Origin: an uncultured virus (IMG/VR IMGVR_UViG_3300025738_000003)
Lineage: Duplodnaviria > Heunggongvirae > Uroviricota > Caudoviricetes
IMG/VR virus record: IMGVR_UViG_3300025738_000003
Length of the DNA stretch: 64,000 nucleotides
Reading direction: 5' to 3' (one strand)
The notes under the pieces: model-generated
What the model was told of the DNA's origin: nothing
The model's database searches: none
Seen by the model: the letters and a program-made list of their open reading frames with translations, nothing else
Shown here: positions 1-9,668 of the stretch, piece after piece
Layout of the letters: every line of letters begins with the position of its first letter
Position numbering within the stretch: position 1 is the stretch's first letter
Program-made: the position numbers and the translations under genes

Positions 1-338
1 TTAAGAGTAGACAGTAAATATTGACTGGTACGCATTGCAAAGGTTTCCGTAAAATAGGGATAAATATAATTGGCGGTATTCTATCAGGGGGTTAGCTTAT
101 GAAAAAGTAATAAATGTAATATTTCTGTCTTAGTTACATAAAAAATAAGCAAGTGATGATATATGCAGTTATCGGGTCATTTTCTTTACAAATAACAGTC
201 CCTATTTAACAGGGTGACTACACGGACCAAAGTATCTTGCTTTAATTCGCTTGGTGCCTTATATTCAAGGGGTTAGGGCAGTTGTACCTATTCAATTCTA
301 TTCACGGTTACTACCCCGTATTCAGTTGAAGACAGCAA

Positions 339-361
339 AAGTGTGTACCTAAGTGTGTACC
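339..361 (+). repeat. Tandem integrase arm-type binding sites (att region)
   Basis: AAGTGTGTACC repeated at 339-349 and 351-361, just upstream of the integrase start. Confidence 0.65.
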
Positions 362-387
362 AAATTTTTATCAGGTGAAAACAATAT

Positions 388-1647
388 ATGGCTCTGTCAG
401 ACTTAAAGTTGAAGAAAATCACTCAAGGAAAGGGCCTATATAAAGGTGATACAGAATTGCCTGATGGACATGGATTGAGTGTTCGTATTTCTGATAAAAG
501 AAAAGTGGTTTTTCAATTCAGGTACCGGGTTAAAGATATTGATTCAGATAAGTTAAAAGCCAAGCGAATTAAGTTGGGCGACTATCCTGTTATGAGTATA
601 AAAAGTGCTCGGGGAGAATTATCTCGCTGCAAAGAACTACTTGAAAAAGGGATTGACCCTGCAATTCAGAAGAGGGTGGATAAAGCTAAAAACCAAAGCG
701 CTATCTTCATGCAAACGTGTATTGATCACTTTATTGAGCGATACGTAAGAATAAAGCGTAAAAACCCTGCTGAAATAGAAAACTTATTTGCCAACCATGT
801 ATCGCCAGTTCTTGGTGATCTACCTGCAGATTCTGTAGTGCTTGCTCATTGGTTACCTATTTTTGATAAGCTTGTAGATAAAGGCCACTCAGTACAGGCT
901 GGTAATGTACTGGTTAAGTCAAAGCAAATGCTAAAATTTTGTAAGCAACGTGGAATGATTGAAAACAATGTGCTGACGGATGTAGCTATTAATGATGTAG
1001 GTGCCAAAAGCCAAAAAGGCGAAAGGATCTTGAGCGACATTGAACTTGGTAAATTTTGGCGTTTGTTGAATAACATGCCTTCAGTTGCCAAAATGTCGCC
1101 CGTTATGATTAATGCTGCTCGTTTATTACTTATATTTGGCTGTCGTTCGAGTGAGTTGAGATTATCTAAAGCGAGTGAGTGGGATTTTAAGGAAATGACT
1201 TGGACTGCGCCAAAGCACAATACTAAGCATGGTAGCGATGTTATACGACCAATACCGGTTAAGGCGCTACCGTTTATTAAACAAATTTTTCAATTATCAA
1301 AAACCGATATCCTTTTCCCTCCTGTAAAATTGAGCTCAAAATCAGAATATGTTTCTAGGCAATCATTCACAAAGCTGACTGATTACTTAAATGATTACAT
1401 TGAAATACCTGAATTTGACACCCATGATTTAAGGCGAACTTTTAGTACTAAATTGAGCGAATTGAACACTGAGCCTTATGTCGTTGAAATGATGCTCGGT
1501 CATAAATTGGGCGGCGTTTTTGAAACATATAACAAACATTCTTTTATTGAGCAAAAACGCGTTGCCATTGATAAGTGGGTTGATAGATTAGACTTGCTTT
1601 CGCAAGACAACGACAATGTTGTCTTGCTTTCATCGGCGGTTGGCTAA
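388..1647 (+). CDS. int: Phage integrase (tyrosine recombinase with N-terminal arm-binding domain)
   Basis: DGHGLSVR...LGDYP arm domain; catalytic GCRSSE, HDLRRT, LGH, YNKH. Confidence 0.95.
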   Translation: MALSDLKLKKITQGKGLYKGDTELPDGHGLSVRISDKRKVVFQFRYRVKDIDSDKLKAKRIKLGDYPVMSIKSARGELSRCKELLEKGIDPAIQKRVDKAKNQSAIFMQTCIDHFIERYVRIKRKNPAEIENLFANHVSPVLGDLPADSVVLAHWLPIFDKLVDKGHSVQAGNVLVKSKQMLKFCKQRGMIENNVLTDVAINDVGAKSQKGERILSDIELGKFWRLLNNMPSVAKMSPVMINAARLLLIFGCRSSELRLSKASEWDFKEMTWTAPKHNTKHGSDVIRPIPVKALPFIKQIFQLSKTDILFPPVKLSSKSEYVSRQSFTKLTDYLNDYIEIPEFDTHDLRRTFSTKLSELNTEPYVVEMMLGHKLGGVFETYNKHSFIEQKRVAIDKWVDRLDLLSQDNDNVVLLSSAVG

Positions 1648-1778
1648 TACAACATTGTTCCTCTCCCTAAAAAGACTTAAGAACAAATACCAAGTAAATA
1701 AAGTATTAATAAGTTTATAAATATATGAAACTATGTGATATTAATTCGAATTAAATCAAGTTTAAATTTAGGGATGAA

Positions 1779-2540
1779 ATGATTAAAACAATTAGTATCC
1801 GGCTGACTTTAATAGCCATTACAGTAACTCTATCCGCATGCAGTACACAGATAAGACCGCTGAAATTAGGTATACCAGTGGAGCCTGAAGTAATTCCCGG
1901 AAAGGTTTTCGTTTCAACTAAATCGGTGGCTAATGTTGGCGATGTTATGCTCACTGCAGGGGAATACTTAAAAGAGGCTTCTTCTCTAAAGCTTGAAACG
2001 TTCCATGTCAAAGATAGTTCTACAACAAGTGTGAAGCACAAAATGAAAACGTTTGAATTCACCATTCCAGATGGAGACTATCGCTTACACAGTAGGATTA
2101 CTGAAGGTAGTTACTATTCTGCACCAGTAGCTTTTTCTGGTTTAAATGGAACTAGGATTGGGTATGGAGGGCTATTCGTACCACGTGAAAAATCCGTAGC
2201 TACAGAGATTTATTGGAATTGGATCCCTGACTCATTGAGAGGTTACCAAGCGAAACTGACATCACAGATTAGTGGAAATACTAGGGAATCAATCGCTCAC
2301 TTAAACGATCAGGAAATTTCTGGTCCGCGTGCGACATTGACATATGTTGGTGTAGCAGCTGGACAAATTCGTTTCGCCTATAAAGAATTTACTGAACAAG
2401 GTCTAGCTCTACCGGCTTTCACTCAAGAGGTAATTCTGGATTATAAGCTAGGAGGCACTTATGCATATAAAAATGCGAAATTTATCGTTGAAAACGCCGA
2501 TTCTACTCAAATTAGTTTTACTTTACTTCAACCTTTATAA
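1779..2540 (+). CDS. Lipoprotein, moron-like cargo
   Basis: Signal peptide with LSAC lipobox; own AT-rich upstream region and terminator. Confidence 0.75.
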   Translation: MIKTISIRLTLIAITVTLSACSTQIRPLKLGIPVEPEVIPGKVFVSTKSVANVGDVMLTAGEYLKEASSLKLETFHVKDSSTTSVKHKMKTFEFTIPDGDYRLHSRITEGSYYSAPVAFSGLNGTRIGYGGLFVPREKSVATEIYWNWIPDSLRGYQAKLTSQISGNTRESIAHLNDQEISGPRATLTYVGVAAGQIRFAYKEFTEQGLALPAFTQEVILDYKLGGTYAYKNAKFIVENADSTQISFTLLQPL

Positions 2541-2560
2541 ACTTCATTGATTTAAATTTT

Positions 2561-2592
2561 AGCGCACACCTAATTTAAGTGTGCGCTTTTTC
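2561..2592 (+). terminator. Intrinsic terminator
   Basis: AGCGCAC...GTGCGCT stem followed by a T-run. Confidence 0.7.
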
Positions 2593-2605
2593 ATTATCAC
2601 TATGG

Positions 2606-2803
2606 TTATCTGCGGTTGGCTAAAAGCCATGTCATTACTTCAGTTTCAAGATATACATTTTTACCTAACCATATTGCTTTAGGGAAAGGGTTTATGTCTT
2701 GATCTCTGTAACGCCAAAGTGTTGCTTGAGAAATCTTTAACAACGCGATGATCTCTTTTGTATCAAAATAAACTAGTTTTGTTAAATCGATTGCTGCACT
2801 CAT
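2606..2803 (-). CDS. AlpA-like excisionase
   Basis: Short HTH: LLKISQATLWRY...FPKAIWLG; near int. Confidence 0.8.
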   Translation of the reverse strand: MSAAIDLTKLVYFDTKEIIALLKISQATLWRYRDQDINPFPKAIWLGKNVYLETEVMTWLLANRR

Positions 2804-3051
2804 TATACTGCTCCAAACATAGCTAGATGCCATAGATTCACTTTAGATTTTTTGCGGCCGTTTACGGCTACAACCTCAACCTTTCTACCAGGTAACGATG
2901 TTTCATTAGTCTGGTACTTTTTACCTTTTCGGATGTTACACAATAAACCACTGGCTTCTTGGGCTGATATATTTGTTTCACTAGCCAGTTTAGCGGCAGT
3001 GTAAAAGCCACCATGGCTGTGCATATGTTCAGCTGCTTCATTAGTTAACAT
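2803..3051 (-). CDS. Hypothetical phage protein (possible winged HTH)
   Basis: 82-aa ORF translationally coupled within the left operon. Confidence 0.6.
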   Translation of the reverse strand: MLTNEAAEHMHSHGGFYTAAKLASETNISAQEASGLLCNIRKGKKYQTNETSLPGRKVEVVAVNGRKKSKVNLWHLAMFGAV

Positions 3052-3725
3052 TACGCAACTTCCTTGTTTTGCTCATCTAAAATCATTTGACCAAGTTCTC
3101 TTAACGCAGCTCGAGAAACGATATCGTCGATAGGTTTGTCCTTATATGAAGGATCAAATATTACTACTGCCATACCCCCGCGGCTTGAACTAGGTTCGCT
3201 ACCTTCAGGATCTTGTTTGTACCATTCAGGCACGTCAAAACTTACTCGACCGTTTACTAGTTTATAAACAGCACTAGCTGGGTATTCAGCTAATCGATGA
3301 GGAAACCAATCAGCTTCTATATTATTTGGCACGAAGAAAACCGAATGAAAGCCTAACTTCATTTCCATATAAGCTTTTTTCATAATTTCACTTAAGCCGG
3401 TGCATGTTGAACCATCAGCAAGTTTGCCAGTATGAGGTTTGCTAAAAGGAGGGTTAGCAAAACCTATCGGTGCAACACCTTGCTCTTTACAGTATTTCCC
3501 CCAATCTTGCTGCAGTGCATTTTCTTTCGCAGTAAAGAACAATGGTGCTTTGCTGTTAATGGTCCCATCAGTAAATAAGTCGATAGAGAAACTTTTGGCA
3601 GGGCAAAACATTTGTTGAATTCCCATGAATTCACGATCAGGTGTGCGCCATTCATCTTGCACATCTTTTGCTGAGTGCAAACGTTTCAATTTAGCGTTAA
3701 GTAATTGTTGAATATAATCAGCCAT
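3051..3725 (-). CDS. Phage N6-adenine DNA methyltransferase (Dam-like)
   Basis: DEWRTP, IDLF, NPPF and GRVSF motifs. Confidence 0.88.
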   Translation of the reverse strand: MADYIQQLLNAKLKRLHSAKDVQDEWRTPDREFMGIQQMFCPAKSFSIDLFTDGTINSKAPLFFTAKENALQQDWGKYCKEQGVAPIGFANPPFSKPHTGKLADGSTCTGLSEIMKKAYMEMKLGFHSVFFVPNNIEADWFPHRLAEYPASAVYKLVNGRVSFDVPEWYKQDPEGSEPSSSRGGMAVVIFDPSYKDKPIDDIVSRAALRELGQMILDEQNKEVA

Positions 3726-3734
3726 GGTCCTACC

Positions 3735-4610
3735 TTAGTTCTGCATAGCGATTGATTTAACATCGCTATCGGTTAATGTCCAATTTTGAGATTTAAAGCG
3801 TCTTAGTAATTGACCACAATGAGAAAGTGTTGTTTTTTTAGGGCGTAAGCCACCTTTAGGAGCTGGTGCAAGCTCTGCTTCACCATCATTGTTAAGTAGT
3901 ACTAAACTGCTGCGGCCTGTTGCATGCATATAAAGAAGTGGCACTTGACCAGGTTCATAACCTTCAATATCACCTAATTCATGCGGGAATAAGCAAATGT
4001 AGTCTTGGCCATCACGGTGTAACTGTGTGATGTCTGATACTGCTAGCTTATGAGCTAGGTCCATCACTTCTTTTTTAAACGTTTTAACTTCATTATTTGC
4101 AGTGACAAGGTTTTTCTTATGCTGGTCTGTAACACCTTTTTCTTTAAGTAAACGCGCTTGGAAGTCTTTAATTTTCTCGCGAATTTTTTTAGGGCTGTTG
4201 GCGATTTCTTTATAAGCTTTCAACTGGACACCCAGATCCTTTACTTTGTTTTTGGCTTGAGTTGTTTCTCGCTGCTCTTGCTCGATGCGCTGATTGATTT
4301 TTTCTGCGTTAAGTAAAACCACGTCTTTTTGCTTTGCGAGCGTTTTAAACCGTTCTTCAAATTCTGCCACCGTATTTTTTAATTGCTGATTTTCACTTAC
4401 TACGCCATCCACTCGAGTAGTTAAGTTGTTTACTTGAAGTTTCAAAAAAGTATTTTCTTTTTCGATAGCTACAGTGTGTTTTACCAACTGCTCTACTTCT
4501 TCATTATCAGCATGGAAAGCAGTTAATAACTGTTCCATTGCAACATCAAGAGGTAAAGCATTAGGCATTATTGGTTGTTCTGCTAATTGAGTATTCATAT
4601 CTTCCACCAA
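3735..4610 (-). CDS. Coiled-coil hypothetical protein
   Basis: Long heptad-rich region plus a globular C-terminus. Confidence 0.7.
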   Translation of the reverse strand: MVEDMNTQLAEQPIMPNALPLDVAMEQLLTAFHADNEEVEQLVKHTVAIEKENTFLKLQVNNLTTRVDGVVSENQQLKNTVAEFEERFKTLAKQKDVVLLNAEKINQRIEQEQRETTQAKNKVKDLGVQLKAYKEIANSPKKIREKIKDFQARLLKEKGVTDQHKKNLVTANNEVKTFKKEVMDLAHKLAVSDITQLHRDGQDYICLFPHELGDIEGYEPGQVPLLYMHATGRSSLVLLNNDGEAELAPAPKGGLRPKKTTLSHCGQLLRRFKSQNWTLTDSDVKSIAMQN

Positions 4611-4653
4611 AGATTTATGGCGCCATCAACGACAGCGCTAATTTATTATTAAG

Positions 4654-5805
4654 TTACGCTGCTTGTAAAACTTCTCTGGCACCATTACTACCAGGCTCAG
4701 ATACAACATCATTATTTTCAAGTTGCTCTACTAAACGAGCTGCTCGGTTGTAACCAATACGAAACTTTCTTTGAATGCTTGAAACTGACACTCTTTGTGT
4801 TTCAATGACAAACCCAACAGCTTCATCATAGAGAAAATCATTTTCTTCGTCGGGTTCGATAGGTTTCAACTTAACCTCTGCTTTTGAACCATCAAGGTAA
4901 TCAGTATTTTTTAGACTGAATTCACCTAACAATTCATTAATAAATCGATTTAATTCACCGGCCATCAATATAAAATCAGCATCTAGTTTCGCCACTACAT
5001 CATCACTGTCGATATCATCGTTTTGCTCATGAATCACATCGAAGAACTTAAGGCGCTTAATTGATAAATCATCACCAAGTACAAAGGACAATGATTCATC
5101 CCACTCAAGGGCAATTTTGGTAACGTATTTATCTGCATCCAAATGCGCTTTAACTTCTTCACTGGCTAAATCTTGATTCTTAACTCTGGCAATAGCACCA
5201 TCATCACCAAGCGCGTGAAACTCTGCTTCCATACCTAACTTGAACTTATTGCCAATAGAACCATTAGTTAACCAATCAGTCATGGTTTCATCTACAGTCA
5301 CATCAGGATCAAAGCTTGTTACGGGTAAAGTACCGAGTGTTTTGCGAAGTAGGGCCAGTAAATCTTCAGCTTTTCCACGAGTACTTGAGTTAACAACGAT
5401 AATATTATTCTCAGGGCAAATGTAAGCGTGAGTATCAGTTACGCGAGAAAATGCGCGAGGTAACAATTCAAAAATAATGTCTTCTTTAAATTGTTCTCTC
5501 TCTCTTTTGGTAGCTCCGCGGCCCTGTTCTACTTCAAGCAGCTCAACTTTTACTTCAACCATATCCTTGATAACCGGAGCAGGGAGCATCTTCTCTTCTT
5601 TGCGAGCACAAACTAATAAATTGCCATTGCCTTGATGAACAATCGAATGACCATGTTTACCAAGCGCATTAGTCCAGCCAAAATGGGATATTTCAGTTGA
5701 ACCACAAGGCGTAAATAAATATTCAGCTAAATGCTGTTCTAGCTGTTCTTGAGTCCAAGTGAAAGGACGGGTTAAAGCGAAAATATATAAATTGTTAAAC
5801 CACAT
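4654..5805 (-). CDS. rdgC: RdgC recombination-associated protein fused to a C-terminal FtsK gamma domain
   Basis: MWFNNL...[10 protein letters not shown]...LLPRAF; C-terminal LYDEAV...[24 protein letters not shown]. Confidence 0.9.
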   Translation of the reverse strand: MWFNNLYIFALTRPFTWTQEQLEQHLAEYLFTPCGSTEISHFGWTNALGKHGHSIVHQGNGNLLVCARKEEKMLPAPVIKDMVEVKVELLEVEQGRGATKREREQFKEDIIFELLPRAFSRVTDTHAYICPENNIIVVNSSTRGKAEDLLALLRKTLGTLPVTSFDPDVTVDETMTDWLTNGSIGNKFKLGMEAEFHALGDDGAIARVKNQDLASEEVKAHLDADKYVTKIALEWDESLSFVLGDDLSIKRLKFFDVIHEQNDDIDSDDVVAKLDADFILMAGELNRFINELLGEFSLKNTDYLDGSKAEVKLKPIEPDEENDFLYDEAVGFVIETQRVSVSSIQRKFRIGYNRAARLVEQLENNDVVSEPGSNGAREVLQAA

Positions 5806-5877
5806 AGTTGTTACCTTTTTTGTATTTAATTAAATCGGCGACTTGCGCAGAGTAAAACGCAAATCACCTGGTGGATG

Positions 5878-6120
5878 TTACTTAGGTAAATCTGGCCATT
5901 TACCGCCATTTTCTAAAATTGCTTGGATAGAAGCTTCTTTATTTTCATGAGAAAACAATCCCCAATAGCGCTTTTTAATTGGCTTTTTATGGCGATTACC
6001 TTTCATCCCTAAATCAAGCGCTTGAACAAAAGCAAATAACTGTCCTTGGCTACGACATAGCTCTAGCTCGCAATCAGGGTGATTGTCATCAAATGTTAAG
6101 TTGTTTATAGATAGTTCCAT
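5878..6120 (-). CDS. Hypothetical phage protein
   Basis: 80-aa ORF with RBS in the left operon. Confidence 0.6.
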   Translation of the reverse strand: MELSINNLTFDDNHPDCELELCRSQGQLFAFVQALDLGMKGNRHKKPIKKRYWGLFSHENKEASIQAILENGGKWPDLPK

Positions 6121-6150
6121 TGTTCTGCCCCTAAAGTGAAAATATAAAGA

Positions 6151-6543
6151 TTAAGCCGTTAACGCTGCCGGCTGCAGCGACAACTTTAAAAGTTTGTTAT
6201 GATCACAAATCACTTTTCTTGCTGCCAAAATAGCTTGCTTGAATTGCTGAGCAGATGAACTACAATCCCAGTCGATTCGCTTATTCATTACAACAACACC
6301 ATAACTATCGTCAGATGCCATTTTATGGATGGTTACCACTGAATGACGCGCTTCACCACCAAGGTGACTTATGCCAATGGCCAATCCTTTTGATGTACAA
6401 TCAGCTAAATTGTTTAGCTCACAACGCGCCACCGACAATGAACAACGCTCTAGATTTTTTGGGATAAAATGCTTAGGCATCGTTTGAATTCCTTTTGTGT
6501 TGGTACTTACAGCGTTTTCTAATCTCTTGTTAAGTCTGTTCAT
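6151..6543 (-). CDS. Hypothetical protein, first gene of the leftward operon
   Basis: ATG at 6543 preceded by a GAGGGA RBS. Confidence 0.6.
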   Translation of the reverse strand: MNRLNKRLENAVSTNTKGIQTMPKHFIPKNLERCSLSVARCELNNLADCTSKGLAIGISHLGGEARHSVVTIHKMASDDSYGVVVMNKRIDWDCSSSAQQFKQAILAARKVICDHNKLLKLSLQPAALTA

Positions 6544-6721
6544 TATTGCTCCCTCGTTTATCATTGTGATCAACTGAAATGACACTGCCATTTACTGCTT
6601 TTTACTGCCATCGTTGCTTTTATAACCTTTCGGAACGGCTGCCCATGGTAAGTGAACGCACATTCCTATATAAATCACTTGTGCAATTTTCGTTTCTCTC
6701 GCTTACATAACATATATATCC

Positions 6722-6791
6722 ATATGTAGAATATAATCTATATGTAGAGTATATATCCCATTCCTTTAAAGTCAACAGATATGTAGAATAT
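6722..6791 (-). promoter_or_regulatory. PL-like promoter with three operator-like repeats
   Basis: Minus strand TTGACT-16-TATACT; ATGTAGA(A/G)TAT three times. Confidence 0.65.
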
Positions 6792-7012
6792 ATAAGATTT
6801 ATTTGTTTGTGCTATTTTTTAATTAGTTAAAATCAATTAGTTGTCTGCTATGGGGAATGAGGGGCTCAGGATGTGATTGTGTGCTACGTACAGTATTACT
6901 GATCTTATTTTTTGTAACGTAGGTGATGCCCTACATACAAATAGTTACCCTTAGTGTAATAAACTCTAGGTGACTTCATCATTTTAATATATAAATTGAT
7001 CTTGATAATATA

Positions 7013-7065
7013 TATGTAGAATATATTAGATCATCATTGACAATAATCAATTATATAGGCACTAT
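7013..7065 (+). promoter_or_regulatory. Operator-like 22-mer plus sigma70-like promoter of peptide cassette A
   Basis: TATGTAGAATATATTAGATCAT (7013-7034), then TTGACA-17-CACTAT. Confidence 0.55.
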
Positions 7066-7111
7066 TTAGCCCTCGATTAACAAAGACAACACTTTATATA
7101 AGGATAATGTT

Positions 7112-7174
7112 ATGCCAGGTCAAGGTAACGGAGATGATAAAGACCAAGAAACAGGTGAAACTACTGAAAAGTAG
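7112..7174 (+). CDS. 20-aa micro-peptide MPGQGNGDDKDQETGETTEK (not in ORF track)
   Basis: AAGGA RBS, ATG...TAG, followed by a terminator-like hairpin. Confidence 0.65.
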   Translation: MPGQGNGDDKDQETGETTEK

Positions 7175-7195
7175 CTTTTAATTTTCTTGAGTAAT

Positions 7196-7222
7196 GGGCC
7201 GCATTTAGTTGCGGCTCTTTTT
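7196..7222 (+). terminator. Terminator/attenuator between the peptide and membrane-protein genes
   Basis: GGGCCGCA-TTTAGT-TGCGGCTC-TTTTT. Confidence 0.65.
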
Positions 7223-7232
7223 AGGAGTTATT

Positions 7233-7772
7233 ATGGGTGAATGCTCTTTTGAACCCCACCTGCAAATATTACTGAATCGCTATATCTTAATTTCGATAGT
7301 GTTAATAGGCTTTAGCTTTACATTAAAAAATAAGAAAGCCACTTGGTTAGCCTTAATTACAGCCATTTCTTTCTGGGTAGGCTATACGCTGCAATGTGAT
7401 TTCAAAGTAAATGATCCTGAGCGTATATGGCGATATGCTTTTTGGGTGGGATTAGATACAATATATTTATTGATTTTGTTTGGCTTATACAAATTCAAGC
7501 GAATAGAAGAATGGCAGTTTGGTGCAATATGCTGCTTGCAAGTTTTTAGTTTTTTTGTACAACTTATACGTTTACCAGATGCACATAAGTTTAATTATTT
7601 TTATACAGATTCTTTTTATGCGTTGGCACTGAATTTGTACAATATACTGATTATTATTGTGGTCGCTTTGCCTACAATAATGACAATCATCGGAAAAATA
7701 AAGGAATATAAAGATGGAAGATATGTACGTCGCAATGGGTCTGATCACGGCATGTTTGATGCTCGCTATTAA
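7233..7772 (+). CDS. Multi-pass (~5 TM) membrane protein, cassette A
   Basis: AGGAG RBS before ATG 7233; several hydrophobic helices. Confidence 0.8.
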   Translation: MGECSFEPHLQILLNRYILISIVLIGFSFTLKNKKATWLALITAISFWVGYTLQCDFKVNDPERIWRYAFWVGLDTIYLLILFGLYKFKRIEEWQFGAICCLQVFSFFVQLIRLPDAHKFNYFYTDSFYALALNLYNILIIIVVALPTIMTIIGKIKEYKDGRYVRRNGSDHGMFDARY

Positions 7773-7986
7773 GTTTGGGCATACAGTTTTAGTTACCCTT
7801 AAAGCCAGGTACGTTGCGCAAGGCTCAATAAATGCACTTAACCTACTAAATGAAGATCAAATGATTGATGTAATCACTGACCCCAAAAGACAAGCAGTAG
7901 CGAGATTGTCATACAAGATCAAAAGAGATAGGTTGTTATCTAAATCTAAGATTGCAATCGCGAATGCGGTTGCAGAGTCGAGGTAA
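7714..7986 (+). CDS. Small membrane-anchored protein
   Basis: AAGGA RBS, N-terminal TM, basic C-terminus; overlaps the previous gene. Confidence 0.6.
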   Translation: MEDMYVAMGLITACLMLAIKFGHTVLVTLKARYVAQGSINALNLLNEDQMIDVITDPKRQAVARLSYKIKRDRLLSKSKIAIANAVAESR

Positions 7987-7992
7987 TAAATT

Positions 7993-8451
7993 TTATTTAA
8001 GTTTTTTACTTATCAATTTCATAATCTCAATATTCATTCTGTCTTCTTGATTATTCAATAAAGAACTATAGGCGAGAGCTGTTGCTTTTGCCTTAAACTC
8101 TTCATCTTCAATGCCCGTTTCTCTACATACTGTATTCGCATAAACAATTGCTTTAGTGAGTGTTGGTAAATCAATATCACTGCTAACAGATAAAAATGCA
8201 CCTTCGTCGTTAAATCCTAACGGGTGCAGTAGTTGCCAAGGAGAAACTTCGAGCCCTTCGGCTAAATCATGTAATTTATTCAGCGTTACATTTACACCAT
8301 CACTATCCTCTCGAACAAGAGAAGCCGTATATGATCTATCCAGCCCACCAGTTTCAGTTTGAGTTAATTCAGATAATGTTTTAGCGTTTGCAATCCCTTT
8401 CGCCTTCATTAGCGATATAACATTAAGAGATAGAAGTTTTTTAATGTTCAC
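7993..8451 (-). CDS. Phage repressor (XRE HTH, no S24 peptidase domain)
   Basis: LDRSY...NVTLNKLHDLAEGLEVSPWQLL; divergent from cro; GTG start with GGAG RBS. Confidence 0.8.
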   Translation of the reverse strand: MNIKKLLSLNVISLMKAKGIANAKTLSELTQTETGGLDRSYTASLVREDSDGVNVTLNKLHDLAEGLEVSPWQLLHPLGFNDEGAFLSVSSDIDLPTLTKAIVYANTVCRETGIEDEEFKAKATALAYSSLLNNQEDRMNIEIMKLISKKLK

Positions 8452-8613
8452 GCGTTCTCCTTATATAAAAACCGAATATGTCTTTTTTCATTATAGTACA
8501 TAAGGTAGAAGATAATCCACACTTATTAGTAGAGCAAATACTTTGTAATTGCTTTCATTTACCCAACAACAATCACTTATATGGATAAAGTCCACTTTCA
8601 CTATAAAAAACAA

Positions 8614-8652
8614 TTGATGTTAAATTCCTTATGATCTAATATATTCTACATA
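8614..8652 (+). promoter_or_regulatory. PR-like promoter overlapped by an operator
   Basis: TTGATG-17-TAATAT; 8631-8652 is the exact reverse complement of 7013-7034. Confidence 0.65.
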
Positions 8653-8674
8653 ATTGTAGGGGATAAAAGTTAGC

Positions 8675-8899
8675 ATGAAAGATTACAGTAAAAATGCAGA
8701 AGACTATCTTGCAGAACAAGTGCAAGTCAGAGGTAATATTCCAGCTATTGCTAAGGCGATCGATTTGCCTAAAGCGTGGTTATATAAAGTTGCCCAAGGA
8801 AAGATCCCTAACCCTCAAGTTAACCGAGTAATGAAAGTACTTGCCCATAAAGAATCTCAAGAAAAGATATTGGCTTCCAACAAAAGTGAGACAAGATAA
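8675..8899 (+). CDS. Cro-like HTH protein
   Basis: IPAIAKAIDLPKAWLYKVAQGKIPNP; position in the switch region. Confidence 0.8.
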   Translation: MKDYSKNAEDYLAEQVQVRGNIPAIAKAIDLPKAWLYKVAQGKIPNPQVNRVMKVLAHKESQEKILASNKSETR

Positions 8900-9438
8900 T
8901 GCGATTAACAATGCAAGAAAACACTGTATTAAAAGCTATTGCTACATGCCACCCAGTTAAATCTAGTTTTGCAAAGTTGACTAAAGAAACTGGTATGGCA
9001 CGAAACGAAATTGAGGAAGTTGTTACTGGCCTTAAGAAAATTGGGTTTGTTAACGTTACGCCAGGTAATGAAGTTTATTTTATGGAGGATGGCCGTAATC
9101 ACCTTGGAATTACTAGTGTTCCTACGGCAAAAAGCGCTCAGGACAAAGAAGAGCGTAAACCTGTTGTTCCTGCGTTACTGACTTCTGCACTTGTTGCAAG
9201 AAAGCCGGTAGTTAAACAAAAGGTTGCTCGATTAAGTGAGTCAACAATCGAAACTCAGCAGAATGGCGTATTAACTTCTATTGACGAACTGGCCATAAAG
9301 TTAAATAAGCCGGTTATCAAAATTACTGATTGTGATTTGAAAGGCCAAGCCTTAGCGAGATTAGCTGATCTTATGTCTGAAGATATCGCAGAGCTATTGC
9401 TTGATATTAAAGCCGACTTAGAGCGAGCTGCTGCGTGA
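8899..9438 (+). CDS. Winged-HTH hypothetical protein (cII position)
   Basis: N-terminal wHTH-like pattern; coupled to cro. Confidence 0.6.
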   Translation: MRLTMQENTVLKAIATCHPVKSSFAKLTKETGMARNEIEEVVTGLKKIGFVNVTPGNEVYFMEDGRNHLGITSVPTAKSAQDKEERKPVVPALLTSALVARKPVVKQKVARLSESTIETQQNGVLTSIDELAIKLNKPVIKITDCDLKGQALARLADLMSEDIAELLLDIKADLERAAA

Positions 9439-9582
9439 TTTTGTTTTTGAATAAAAAATCGCGTTAAGGATGACGCGTAGCTTTGCTGCAAGTTCATGAC
9501 GTTTGATGATTGAACGAACGTAAACGCAGTATCAATCAAGGTGTAAGGAATAGGGGATTTATCCCCTAAACCCTACAGGCAT

Positions 9583-9668
9583 AAAAAAACCGCTTAATCC
9601 CTGAGAAAGATTACAAAGCGGTTCAATTACAACGGAGTCAGTATGACAAGTTCAGCAGAAATAATCAA
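9583..9668 (-). ncRNA. OOP-like antisense RNA with its promoter
   Basis: Minus strand TTGATT-17-CATACT at the start of O; terminator AACCGCTT...AAGCGGTT-T-run; same position as lambda oop. Confidence 0.6.

Noticed and set aside
7054..7079. Sigma-28 promoter for cassette A
   Set aside because: Only the CGAT core matches and the spacing is off; the TTGACA sigma70 promoter fits better
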